Shown: piece by piece, positions 25,990-39,100 of the stretch
How positions within the stretch are numbered: the stretch's first letter is position 1
Layout: each line of letters begins with the position of its first letter
Assembly (NCBI RefSeq): GCF_009914755.1
Contig: NC_060933.1
DNA from: the human T2T-CHM13v2.0 reference genome, Homo sapiens
Length of the DNA stretch: 64,000 nt
Direction: 5' to 3' (one strand)
Position numbers and translations under genes: made by a program
Notes under the pieces: model-generated
Seen by the model: the letters and a program-made list of their open reading frames with translations, nothing else
Database searches by the model: none
Told to the model about the DNA's origin: nothing

Positions 25990-26440
25990 CATTCTAAAAC
26001 ACAAAATAGTCCTGTAATTTTCCTGCTCAAAACACTTTTATCACTTCTTATTAACCTCAGGATAAAGGGAACATTTTTATTATGACTTCTAGGGCCATTT
26101 CTGATCTGGTCCATGTCTATCAAATCAGCCATGTTGTAGGACCAGCTCACCATGCCATCTTCCATATACTGCTTCTTCCTGAAATACTTCTCCCTGCCCT
26201 TTTCCTAATATGCCAGGACACTGTCATCTGCCTTGCATTTATGAAACATTCTTTAAAGGGATTCTTGCTTATGTTTCTGGGTTAATCTTTATTTTCTTTA
26301 ATATAGCATTTATCACTCTTAATTCTACATCTTTTTAGTTATTGTGTCTATCCCTTTGATAGTAAACTCTCTGAATACCCAGGTTATACACATCATTTTT
26401 GTCTACCATTATATCTTTAGTACCTGGAACAATGCTTGTG
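25990..26440 (+). mobile_element. L2 fragments
   Basis: TCCTGCTCAAAACACTTT..TAGTAAACTCTCTGAA..TAGTACCTGGAACAATGCTTG. Confidence 0.55.
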
Positions 26441-27010
26441 GGATAACAATTTATAGCCCATCTCTATTAGGTGTAAGAAGTTTAGAGAGGAAAGTCACAG
26501 AGTCTTCCTTCAAGATGTTTACAGTCTAGTTAGTAACATTTTTAAAAGGGAGAGACATTATTTATTCAGTTCGTTAAAAAAATCTTAGCTTGAATTTTTG
26601 GCTTCCTTTGCAGTGGTTTGGATGTCCTCTTAATGGATGGGTCCATATGACTACTAGGTCACCAGGAGACTTGTTATTTGACGCTGCAAGCACTACAAAC
26701 AAAATTAAGCTGGGTTAAATGCCTGTGGTAGAGTCCAGCGAAGGCAGAGCCCAGATTTATGGGGCAGTGTTTACAATGAAGAGACATGACCTATTTTTAT
26801 TTGATCTGCACTATCCAAAAAGAAAATTGGATTTATAATTAAAGCAGGGGAAACGATAACTTAAGCATTGATTTTCCCATAAACGTGCCAACCTTCAGAA
26901 CAGTGGCTGGTCTCTATGTTCTATACTCTGCTGCTAACTTTAGATGAATGAAACCTTCTTCAATAAGTCGACTTACAGCGGAGTGTATAAATTTTAGCTT
27001 GTAGGCCCTG

Positions 27011-27019
27011 ATGACTCAT
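27011..27019. promoter_or_regulatory. AP-1 motif ATGACTCAT in unique sequence
   Basis: Exact consensus match; function not shown. Confidence 0.35.
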
Positions 27020-27631
27020 CTTTATAGCTGAGATACTGCTCAGAGTTTGGATTAAAAGAAGAGACCCTTAAAAAATTAGGAAGAGGTATCCTATTGGGAC
27101 CCGCAGCTTTGTATTTGAGACTCTTTATAGACCCACTGCTGATAAACATTCAGCTCCATCACTAATTTAGATTTCCGCAGTCTCTTTTGGAGATTAAATA
27201 CAAAAGAATCACCATTTATCTGTAAAGGTAAAATTTACATCACCTATAATCTTTTCATAAATAGATACATCAGCCACCACATTAATACAAAAGTGCAATC
27301 TGAAGGAAGAAGGCCATTATATTTGCTTACTGTCAGATATAAAGCTGCAGTTGCAAGTCATGCATGATTTTAATAAGGCTTGATAATATGCTATCAGTTG
27401 GTGGGAGCTATAGATTGAACTCTTATAGATTTTTTTTGGCTTCAGCTTCCAAATAATCAATCATGTCAAGATATGAAAATCATTTCATTCCCTTCAATTG
27501 AAAAGAAGACGTGATTTAAAATGTCAGCTCTTGGATATATGAGCAGGATTCCTGTAATCAATCATGTGAAATAAACCATCTTATTTAGTAGCTCTTTTAA
27601 AGATAGGAAGCTTTAGGGGGAAAAATAAACT

Positions 27632-27678
27632 TTTATTTGCATAATTTGGATGAAGCTCAGGCATCATATGCAAATAAA
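27632..27678. promoter_or_regulatory. Inverted pair of POU octamer motifs
   Basis: TTTATTTGCATA (27632-27643) and its exact reverse complement TATGCAAATAAA (27667-27678). Confidence 0.45.
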
Positions 27679-28269
27679 TAACAAAGATAAACATAGACCT
27701 GGGTTTTCTCTTTTTTTTTTTTTTTTTTTTTTCCGTTCAGTAACCTTGGCAAGGAATTGAGTAGATTCAGAAGACCTTAAACCCCAGGGTATGGGAGGGT
27801 AATATTGTCTACGGTATCTGAATACTGTCAACAACAAATTGGGGACTGGTTTCAGACCCAGGTAATCCTACTTCTTTCAGACCCATGTGTCTAGATTTAG
27901 TCCAGCTCCATCTCAGACTGGCTGGGCCACACAAAACAAGACTCTAAACTTGAGTTTCAGGTTCCCTAGCTCACAAGCTTAGGACAAAACTCAAAACTTG
28001 AGCTTTAATTTACCTAGCTGTGATCTGGCTGATTTCTTCTGTTCATACTCACGTAGGAGATCATGTTATAAAATAGATGACAGAGTGTTTCTGCAAATGG
28101 AAATTCTATAAAGCTCTCGACAAACCTAAGTGGTTAGCATCATGGCTAGAGAAAAAGATGTTAAAAGATACCAGGCTGGCTTCTTGGCAAACCGTAAAGA
28201 CACAGCTAGACTGAAATCACACTCAAAGCAGGACTTGTCTGAAGAAATTGCTTTTACTCTCAGTAAGTG

Positions 28270-28400
28270 AAACTCTAGATTTTGCTAAACATTCTGTGTG
28301 CCTTTAGGCAAGTCATTTAACCTCATTGAACTGTAGTTTCCTCCTAAGTTAAAAAAAAAAAGTTTGGATGATATGATTTCTAAGGTTTTATTCCAGCAAT
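28270..28400 (+). mobile_element. MIR3
   Basis: TGTGTGCCTTTAGGCAAGTCATTTAACCTC..TTGGATGATATGATTTCTAAGGT. Confidence 0.75.
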
Positions 28401-28749
28401 AAAAATTGGTGTTTTTTTGAGAGTAGTTATTAACCCAGTAGAAATACAGATCACAGCTGAAACACATTCCTTCCACACCTAACAGGAACTCACAACCTGG
28501 GCCAAATCTCTTTAATTTACACAGAATTTGGAAAAGTACAATAAGATTGTGTCATTAAGACCATTATGGCAATAATGACAAGAAACAGCATAAGTAAAAT
28601 CATTTTTAGCAGGCAAAATTATTTTATTTATGTTATGCTTAACAAAATTATTTGTGTCATCACAGCCCCTTCCAGATATAACCTTCTATGGGCTCTTTGC
28701 TTACATAGCCTAAGAAAGTATGCTGGGATAGAAGTCCTTAAGAGACCTA

Positions 28750-29041
<292 letters not shown>

Positions 29042-29910
29042 AGAAGTCCTTAAGAGACCTACTTTAATGATTCACTGTAAGCACACATAATTATTTTGTC
29101 AAGCCTTATGTATTCCTGGATGCTTTTAATGTGCTTTGGAATATTTAAAAATTGTAAATTATCTTGAAGTGTTTAAATATTTACACAATTGATTTCTCTA
29201 TTTTTAAAAATAAAAGGACTTTTTTAATTAAGGGAAGTTTAGTACACAGTCCTTTTCTGTATGTTATTGGGGCCAAAATTCACAGGTATTGAATACAAAA
29301 ACAGTTGAGAAAAGGTAATTTCATTCTTTAGAAGGAAAAAGTAGCAAGTAAAGGTACAAACTAAGATAGTCAGTGTAGAAAATGTGTTTGACATTTGCTG
29401 TCTACATCCAGAATTTTATATATATGTATGTATGTATAATAGCTTACCTTCTCATCCTCAGCAAATCAACCTTGAAGCTCTGGTTTCTTCTATCTCACTC
29501 TGCATGTGCACAAGACTACGTGTGTGTTTTGCATATTTTCTCTTTAATTTTGACTGGTTGCCAAAAGTTACCCATATTTTATGAAGCACAGAGAGTGGTA
29601 AGATAAGAGTTCCTTGCTCCATAATTTCTTCATACCGGGGAGAGATGGGTTTCTCTCCCTTCTTGTTCATTAACGATGCACGAAGCTTAGACTTTTAACT
29701 TTCTCTCGTTTTTTCCTCTCCTGGTTCTGAGGAATTTCTCACATCACTTGACATAAGAGGTTATATGATAAAGACTCGCTAGCATCTTTTTATCCTGCTG
29801 GTATGCTTCCTGAGCAATCTTAGCTCGTCAACTGGCTGGAAAAGCAGCCTCTGTCATTACAGAATGTCTGTTATATCTTTAAAAGAAAAGAAGGAAAAAA
29901 TTACCATTAC

Positions 29911-29980
29911 CTGAACATCCGCTAGCCCTGACAGTGCTGCCACTTTCTCACTTCCAGAATGTAGATGCTTTCTCTCCATT
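29911..29980 (-). other. Candidate 70-nt exon, probably non-coding
   Basis: Minus-strand acceptor TTTTCTATTATTTGGCAG and donor CAG|GTAATG around purine-rich sequence; no transcript evidence available. Confidence 0.35.
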
Positions 29981-30129
29981 CTGCCAAATAATAGAAAATA
30001 GTGATTCACTGAGTCTGATTGAAGCAACTGGCATTGGTGATCATACTTCAATATTTCTCTCATATTTGAAGTTAGAATTAGTTGATGTGAGATATTATAT
30101 TAGCCTTAACTAACTCAAGGTGTGATGTG

Positions 30130-31370
30130 AACTTACTATTAACCCTCTCCTTCCTGAAATTCTTCACTCAACATCCAGTCTACCATAAATCTTGTCTTTT
30201 CCACCAGGTTGCTCCTTCTCAGTCTCCTTTGCTTGCTTTCCTTCATCTCTGAGATCCCTTAGTACTGCAACGAGCCACATTACTCACTCTCCTAATGATT
30301 TATTCCAGTCCATGTATTTAAATAACATTTATACTTAGAAGATCACTCACATTTCTACCTCCAGCCCCAGACTCTCTTAACCAGGCTGTTTTATCTACCC
30401 ATGTATTTGACATTTACACTTAGATATCTAAACATTTCAAGATGGTATCAGGGTATATGTATATATCCATACTTATCAAGATATTATACACTAAATATGT
30501 GTAAATTTTGGTATATCAATTATACCTCAATAAGATAGATCCAAAACAAAACTCTTCTTATCCACAGTGTTTCTCATCTTAATAATTTACAAATCTGTCT
30601 TTTCAGTTGTTTAGCGCATGTCCTTTAGAATTAGTTTTGACTCTTCTCTTTCTTATAGTTCACTTTCAATCCAAAGTAAACCTGGAAATTCAATCATCAA
30701 GAATGAGATATTTCAAACACTTCTTACCAAATTCACCAAGCTCAGCCTTGTCCAAGCCACTATGATCTCTTTCCTACGTAATTGCAATTGCTTCTCAACT
30801 GGTCTCTCTACTTCTGTCCCCATTCTTCTATGTCTGTTCTTAACAGGTGTAATCTGGTGAGACATAACACATCGTGCTGCTCCTCTGAGCAAAGCCTCCA
30901 ACATATTTGCAGTTCATTTGAAGTAAAAAGCCAAAGCCTTTCAATGGCTAACAGGGCCCTATACAATGCCCCCTACCCACTACCTCTCTGAGTTTGTCTT
31001 TTAGGACTCTCCCTCTGGCTTACTCTTCTGCAGCCACACTGCTCTCATCATTTCTTAAAAGTCCCAGGGACAAGCTGTCTGAGGTTTCTGCTGTTGCTGT
31101 GCCCTCTGTGTAGAAGGCTCTTCTGCTAGATATTCACATGGCCTGCTCTCCTATTACCTTCAGGTCTTTGCACAATGTACACCTTCTCAATGAGGTCTTC
31201 CTTGACCATTTTATTTAAAAACAGACCAAGCCCAACACTACCTAAACTCCTAGAATGCAAACTCTCTGGAAACAGGGATTGTTATCTATTTTATTTCGGC
31301 TGTTCCCCAGTGTACAGAACAGTACCCAACAGAAAACACTTGCTCCTTTAATGCTTGCTGAATTAATGAC
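30130..31370 (+). mobile_element. L2 (L2a-like) 3' region with a short L1M piece at ~30440-30540
   Basis: CTACCTCCAGCCCCAGACTCTC..GTCCAAGCCACTATGATCTC..CAGCCACACTG..TAGAATGCAAACTCTCTGGAAACAGGGA. Confidence 0.8.
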
Positions 31371-31574
31371 AATGAAAGCTAGGCAATCTGAGGTCTCTCT
31401 CTTTTCTTGTCACTCTCTTTTAATTGTCTATGATCATTCCAATTACTCTGAAAATTCTTTTTCATCCAGAAATATACTACTGTCTTTTTTAGCTCTAGCC
31501 TTTTACCCACAGTGCTCTATAGCCTTTAACCCCTCTTTTGATTGGAAATATTTTCCAATCAAATTCAATTTTGT

Positions 31575-31900
31575 TACTTGTTAGCCACAAGCAACAGAAA
31601 TCCCATTGAACAGCGACTTAAACAAATGGAGCTTCATTTTTCTTACTTACAGATGTGTTTGAAAGTGAATGTTTGTTAGCACTGATGCAGTAACTCAAGA
31701 AGTACTGCGAATTTTGGCTTCATAACTCTTGTGGCCCTTGTCTCTTGGTCACAAGATAGCTGCAGCAGCTCCAAGAAACATTTTTCCATGTAGAAAAGAT
31801 AGGGTATTTTTGTAAGTATCTTCCTCTAAGCAAGTAGGAAAACACCTTTTTCACACTGTCATCCTTCCCCTGGTAGACTTACACTTGTATCTTTTTGAAC
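31575..31900 (-). mobile_element. Ancient MaLR/ERVL LTR fragment
   Basis: CAAGCAACAGAAATCCCA..GGTCACAAGATAGCTGCAGCAGCTCCA. Confidence 0.5.
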
Positions 31901-32854
31901 ATAAATAGGCTCCAACTCTCTGAGAAAAAAAAAATGGGGGTGGTCGGGGAGGATACCTTTTGATAGGCAAAACCTACCATTCTTTATCCCTTATACTTCC
32001 TATTACTTTCTTCTCAGGTCTTAACTCAGATCTATTATTTCATGTTGGATGTCCTTCCTGACCAGTCTTCTCCCTTCACAATTCTGGGATAAATGCTCTA
32101 CTTCTTGGGTCCATAGGCCTTGAAGTTGTCTTAGATCTGTGCTTTAATGCAGAGCTATAAACCTGTGTTCATTTTATGTTCACCCCCTCCACATACAAAC
32201 ACATTATGCATTTCAGCAGAAGAAAGGATTGAGACCTCTGGATAAATACTAAATTTTTGTCATTCACATTTGAACTTGCAGGATCTAGCCTCCATTTACA
32301 GAATGAATGGATTTTTTTAAATGAAGAATTTTTCTCTTAGTGGTCTTTAAAATCAATTTTAATGTTAAATAAATGTTTTTATGATGATTTAAATCCTTTT
32401 CTCATGTATCTGTAGACTATGCCAACATTTAGACTTTTATTATCACCAAACTTCCTCCCTCATTTAAGAACTTGAAACCTCGCCACTTAAATAATGTAAT
32501 GCACGTTACTAAATTCTTAGTTGTCATTTGAACATTGTTTGGCACAACTAGGGAAACGAAATAATATTTTGTTTTCCAAATTGTGCCAACTATCAAGATG
32601 CAGGTAAAAAAATAAAAATATATACCGTTTGTTCTCTGATTATCATAACAGACACACTCTGCCTTCAGCATGGATATACCATGACAATATTTTGGACTAA
32701 GGGTAGGCAAGGTTGAAGGTAGTGATGGAAATAGAGTCAACATAGTTACACATTAGACAGAGTGATTAATGCTAAAGTTGAGAGAAAGCATTTCAGAGCA
32801 GGTGAAGTGTGCAGGCATGCACTGGTAACTCCCGCCTGGGTTTAATTTCCAGCC

Positions 32855-33146
32855 TTTCTTTTTTTTTTTTTGAGATGGAGTCTCACTCTGTCACCAGGCT
32901 GGAGTGGCACAATCTTGGCTCACTGCAACCTCCGCCTCCTGTGTTCAAACTATTCTCCAACCTTAGCCTCCTAAGTAGCTGGGACTACAGGTGTGTGCCA
33001 CCACACCCGGCTAATTTTTTGTATTTTTAGTAGAGACGGGGTTTCACTGTGTTAACCAGGATGGTCTCAATCTCCTGACCTCGTAATCCACCCACCTCGG
33101 GCTCCCAAAGTGCTGGGATTACAGGTGTGAGCCACCGCTCCCGGCC
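32855..33146 (-). mobile_element. AluSc-like, inserted in a MIR (32810-33350)
   Basis: TCTGTCACCAGG (1-bp deletion), CCAGGATGGTCTC, GACCTCGT; MIR resumes TCTCAGTTTCTTCATCTGTGAAATGGGGAT. Confidence 0.95.
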
Positions 33147-34184
33147 ACAGCTTTGTTTTGTAAGCCACATAAAAATGGGCACATTAGTTAACTACCCAAG
33201 TCTCAGTTTCTTCATCTGTGAAATGGGGATCACACTTAACCCCTCTCAGGAACCATTCTGAGTTTCAACTTACATACTTCTTATATAGTGATTAGTCCAG
33301 TGTCTGGCACACAGTTTGTTTTCAATAAGTGCTAAAATTTATTATTGTCATTATTATAAACAAGGCACTGTTAGATCATAAGATGTGAAGTAATTGACTG
33401 TACAAAATTGTGTGTTCAAGTAATTATAACAAATTAAATCGATATTTGCTTCTCCTCCTGTTTGGGAATATAGTTCTCTATTTTTTCTACTTCTAGATTC
33501 AATTATCTGAAGAGTGAGCCCCCTGCAAACGGCAAAATCAACGAGATTTTGCAATGTGTCCCACTTTCCCTTGTCCTGTGTTATGCCACTATTTCAATTG
33601 CCCTGCTTCTTCCCACCATTTTATTTCAGACTTTCACTTCTAGTAACTGTAACATTGATGTGAGTTTAAAGGACTTTAAATCAGAGTACCTTTTGAGATA
33701 GAGGGTATCTTCAAGTTCAATTGGCTCGATCCCTTCTTTGCATACATGTGAAAATGAGCCCTGCTGTGATTGGCTTGAGACTGCAGAACTGTTTTGTGCA
33801 AGAACAAGAGTTGAAACACAGGTCACTGAAATGCATACTTATTCCATATCTGATGTTACCTCCTCCTGAATTATTCATGAGAGCAGGGAGTAGAAATGCA
33901 GAGGTGGTACTTTTCATCAGAGGAATGCAGGACCAAGTCAATTTCAGTACTTCTGACATGGGCGATAGGGATGATATTGGATGAGGCAATGGGAGGTCTT
34001 TAATATTCTTAATTGTTATCAACTATTTTGCTTTCCACTCAAGACAGGACTTTTGCTTAAACTGGCCATCTATTGAAGATAAGCTTATTTTCTTAGGGGA
34101 GATAAAAAAAATACATGTAATAAATTAGTAAATTTTTTAATAGGCTACAAGGTCACATGTACTATTATTAAAATAAAAAAGGGA

Positions 34185-34532
<348 letters not shown>

Positions 34533-35253
34533 TTAGAAGGGCAGGGAGTAGGAAAGCCACAAGGTAACATTAAATAAAATGGTCATTGTAGGTCAGAGTA
34601 GCCTAGATATCATTCTGAATCTCAGGAGCCTCCCATCTAAACATCTTGTTGAGCACTATTCTCTGGACAGTCTATTTCTCAAGAATTTGTGTGAAATATG
34701 TGATTATACATGAATGCATATAAACATATATGAATGTATACATGGCTAGAAAAAGGACCTTAAGATAATATATTTAGTCCCCTAGCCAGAATTTGAATCT
34801 CCTTTATAGCAGCATTATAAGCTTAGATCAAAACATAGGTGAGAACAATTAGAAAGTTCATGAGTCAATGATTTGTTGACACATTTCTTATGAAGGCTAA
34901 TTGCTTGTTAGCTGAAACATGCACCTCAGTTTTAGTTAGAGACACCAGCATAACAAAGGATTGGCTAAGAATTTGGAACTCTTCTGTCATATAGAGCTGT
35001 CAAGAAACTATTCACAAAGGTTGAAATTCTAACTTTTTACATATTGCCATATAAGGCTTTAACAGAAGCAAATTCTTACTGAAAAATTTTCATCTCTCCC
35101 TCTCTCTCTCTCTCACACACACATACACACATATATACACACATGAGTTAATCAGTTCTTTATACAATACCGAGGTTTTTTTTTAATTTTAACTACCAAC
35201 CCCTGCCATATTTGATAGTTTCTGATTTCTAACACTGAACCAGATTGGTCTTT

Positions 35254-35442
35254 AGAGTTACCACATAAAACCCAGAGGCAACAGCTGAATTTAAATTTCT
35301 GATAAACAATGAATATTTTTCAGTATAAGTATATCCAAAATATTGCATGGGACATATTTATACTTAAAATTATCTGTTGCTTATCTGAAATTCAAATTTA
35401 ACTGGGCATCCCATATTTTCATTTGCAAAACCTGACAACACT
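35254..35442 (-). mobile_element. MER53 palindromic MITE, full length
   Basis: Inverted arms CAGCTGAATTTAAATTTCTGATAAACAA / TTGCTTATCTGAAATTCAAATTTAACTG around AAATATTGCA. Confidence 0.9.
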
Positions 35443-35939
35443 AAGAGTCTTCAGATCCCCAGAGAAAATTCTGATTGAACACTTCCTGTTTTCTTTCTTG
35501 TGCTCTAAACCAGCATGACTATGTACATCTGAGCAGTACTGCTGTATAACTGGCCATGCTTCAATCATTAATTAATTCATGTATTCATTCATGCAATATT
35601 ATTTTTGCATGCCTGCTACATGTCAGGCACTATGCTAGATGCAAAGTGAAATACAGTATATCTGATATAATGGTAGGCTAAATAGATATGAATCTTTACC
35701 TGATTTGGTTTATCGTAAAATAGGTAAATAATTACCTATTAGAAAAATGCCCCTAAAGTGTGATAGTGTTAGTGAACCCAGCACACACCACGAATGTGTG
35801 AATTTGCTGATATGCACAGTGGAAGTCGGTAATTGCTGTGCTGACATCCCCTGCATAAATGAGGGAGATGAAGTCTTTTCAAAGAGTGGTTTCCAAATGC
35901 TTACTGATTTTGCATCAGTCCTGGACATATTGCATGACA

Positions 35940-36175
35940 TTTCTGAGCACTTTGTATGTGTCAAACACAGTGCTGGGCTCAGCACTTCATTTAAAACTCA
36001 AAGCAGTGCTAAAAGATAAATCCAGTTATAATCTCCATGTTACTAATGAGGAAGGTGGGACTTAGAAAGCTAAATAAATTGCACAATTCTACACAACAAA
36101 AATATGATGAAAAAGCTGGGATTCCCACAGAGGTCTGATCTTTCTAAATAGGTAGTCTTAACCTCTGTGCTATGC
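35940..36175 (-). mobile_element. MIR
   Basis: TGAGCACTTTGTATGTGTCAAACACAGTGCT..ATGAGGAAGGTGGGACTTAGAAAGCTAAATAAATTGC. Confidence 0.7.
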
Positions 36176-36204
36176 TACTTGAATGACTTAGGAAATTGTT
36201 AAAC

Positions 36205-36320
36205 ATTATTGATCTCCAGAGTTTCTGAATCAGTAAGTCTAGGATAAGTTTTGAAGAATATATTTTAAACAAGTCCCCTCAGTGATTCTGATAACAGCAA
36301 GATTTAGGTTCCACTAATTT
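36205..36320. mobile_element. MER5-type hAT fragment
   Basis: CCAGAGTTTCTGAATCAGTAAGTCTAGG..AAACAAGTCCCCTCAGTGATTCTGAT. Confidence 0.65.
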
Positions 36321-37009
36321 AGAATGTCAAATTCATCAAATATCATCAAAGTAACTTAGAGTATTATTATACAACACTCTGGTTTACAACTGTCAAGGAC
36401 ATCTGCTGTAGGAGTTTCCACATACGGGGCAGTGAGAGGCATAGGAAAGGAGATAAATATCCAGGGTTCCTAGCACATGTATATTTTGTTATTATTTTTT
36501 TTAAGACCAAATTTTCCTACTTTGCACAACAATTCCTCAGGTGGTCTAACTCTAATGTCCCTTCCTCCTGATTATTCCCCTCTAAGATTAGGCTGGTTTA
36601 TTAAGGACTGTGACAGGTTTAACATTAAGCATGTATTCTTTCCCAGACATGACTTTTCTAGAGAAGATGAGAAGGAACTAATTTTAAACACCTGGCCTTG
36701 GTCTGATGCATCCGTTACCTCCACCAGAAAGGATGGCTAAAGGCAGAAGAGCCTGAGAGAGGAGACCCACGTGGCACACACTGCCGTACACTTCCACAAA
36801 GAGTAAGTGAAAACTCAATGCAGAATTGAACATAGTTGACGATGAGGTCTCCACAGTGAGTTTGTGGAAGTTCCAGCAGTTTGATGAGAGGTAATGAAAT
36901 GTAACCACACTATTTTCTTTCTTTCATTTGTTTCTTCTTTTTCTCCTCTTCTTTCCTTCTCACTCTCTCTTCTTTCCTTTCTTTCTCTCTTCCTTCTTTA
37001 AAACAATAA

Positions 37010-38470
37010 TTGCTTATTTAACATTTTTTAACGATGCATACTTACATGCAGAAAAATGCAGAGATTCTGGGCACAAATCCTGATGATTTTTCACTAAGAT
37101 AACATACCCATGTAACCACCACACAGATTAGGAAAGAGAGCATTATCAACATACTAAAATCCCACACTAACCCACAGGTTATCATTCTATCCAACAAACC
37201 GGACGATTATCCATATTCATATCATCAGAAATTAGTTCTGCCTGTTTTTGAACTTGTACTAGAGAAAATGATACTGATGTACTGTTTAGTCTGTGACTTA
37301 TTTTGGTAAATATTATGCTTATAACATTTGTTCAAATTATTTGGTGTAGCGATAATTTGCTCTTTTCCATTTGTTCTTTTTCATTCCTTTTTCATTCTGG
37401 GGATATATCGAAAGTTATTGCTTCTACTATTTATGGACATTTGGCTTGTTTCCAATTTGGGGATATTGCTGTAAGTACCAGTAATAGAACTAATAATACT
37501 AGTGATAGTGCTAATAACTATTGCTAACAGCACTGCTGTGAGTATTCTTGCACTCCTCTGTAGGTACACATACCTGCATTGCTTTTGGCTATATAACCGT
37601 GAAGAGAATTTCAGAGTTCTAGGGTAAGCATGTTCACTTGTAGAAGATACTGCCAACAGTTTACCAAAATAGTGAGGGTCAATTACTTTACAATCAAACT
37701 GCAGTAATTGAGAGCTGTGAATGTTCCAGATCTTTGAGAATAATTGGTCTATCTATCTATCATCTATTTATCAATATATCTATCTGTTATATTCTATATT
37801 TCTATCTGTCAGCATCTACTTTTACCTATCATCTATCTATCTATCTAGATTCCATCATCTATCAATCCATCTATCTTTTCCTTTCCGTTGTATGAATGTG
37901 AATTTTTTCTCACAGTTTTAATTTGCATCTCCTTGACGTGATGATGTTGAGCATGGTTTCATTTGCATGTGCGTGTGCTTTATTTTTTGTAAAGTGTCTG
38001 TCAATTTTTTGCTTATTTTTATATTGAGTTTTCTGTTTTTTTAAACTGATTTGTACTAGTTTTCTCTATATTCTGGAATTGAATTTTTGTTATATGTATA
38101 CTATTGCAAATATCTTTGTGAACTCTGTAACTTGTTTATGATGGTATCTTTTGATGAACAAAAATTCTTAATTTAAATATCTATCTACTTATATAATATT
38201 TACTTTATACTTAGAGCATTTTGTGTTCTGTTTAAGGAATTTTAATACACAAAGTCATAAACATATTCTCCTATGATATCTTCTAGAAGTATTATTGTCC
38301 TACTTTTCACAATTGAAGATGCAATCCAGCTTAAAATAATTTTGTATGGTACAATATAGAGATCACATTCTTTAAATTCTTTAAATTGACCCACCCAGCA
38401 CCATTTACTAAAACACTATCTTTTTCCTACCAAACTTCTTTTTCACCTTTTCCTCAAAAGAAGTGACAAT
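37010..38470 (-). mobile_element. L1ME-like 3' region containing a degenerate (TCTA)n at 37748-37876
   Basis: ACATACCCATGTAACCACCACACAGAT..GGACATTTGGCTTGTTTCCAATTTGGGG..TTTTGATGAACAAAAATTCTTAATTT. Confidence 0.8.
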
Positions 38471-38539
38471 GTATATTCAACCAATATCATTTGAGCACTT
38501 AACTCTGATCTGTTTCTGTACTGAATCCCAGTTATAGAG

Positions 38540-39100
38540 AGAAAATATTTATTGAGTACATACTCTTGAGTCCTGTACTGGAAATATGCCAGAAGTCATC
38601 TTTTCTCTTTTAGTCATTCCCTATCCTAATTGGGGACACGGATAATAAATAAGTAAATAAGTAAACCATCAAATAAATAATTTTAGCATATAATGAGTGG
38701 GAAATTAAAGGAATAAAAGTAAAAGGAGAAGAAAAAAAGATGATGTGGTAGAGAATTGGAGGAGGTGGAGGAAGGGTTCCTTGAAAGGTGCCATTTAAAC
38801 AGATACCCAAAGGAACGTGCCAGCACTTTAAGAAAATACTTTTTCCAATATAAGAAAAATAAACCGTGCATTTGCTGAGGTATCACCCAGGCTGGCTTAC
38901 TGTGGGAATGTCAGGAAACCAGGATGGCAAGATAGTGGAAATGGTGCTGAAGATGGCATAAAAAAAAGAATTGAGAGTCAATTGTGGGATTACCTAGTCC
39001 ATGGCACATAGTAAGAGGTTTCCGTTTTCTCCTAAGGCTGTAATGAAAAACCTGGAGAGTGTTAAGAGAAAAATGTTATAATCGCTTTGCATGGTTGTAC
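38540..39100 (-). mobile_element. L2 3' region
   Basis: AAATATTTATTGAGTAC..GGTTCCTTGAAAGGTGCCATTTAAACAGATACC. Confidence 0.6.

Noticed and set aside
29990-30110. Attempt to name the locus or a known variant from this unique sequence
   Set aside because: Not recognised with any reliability; needs BLAT against the human reference.
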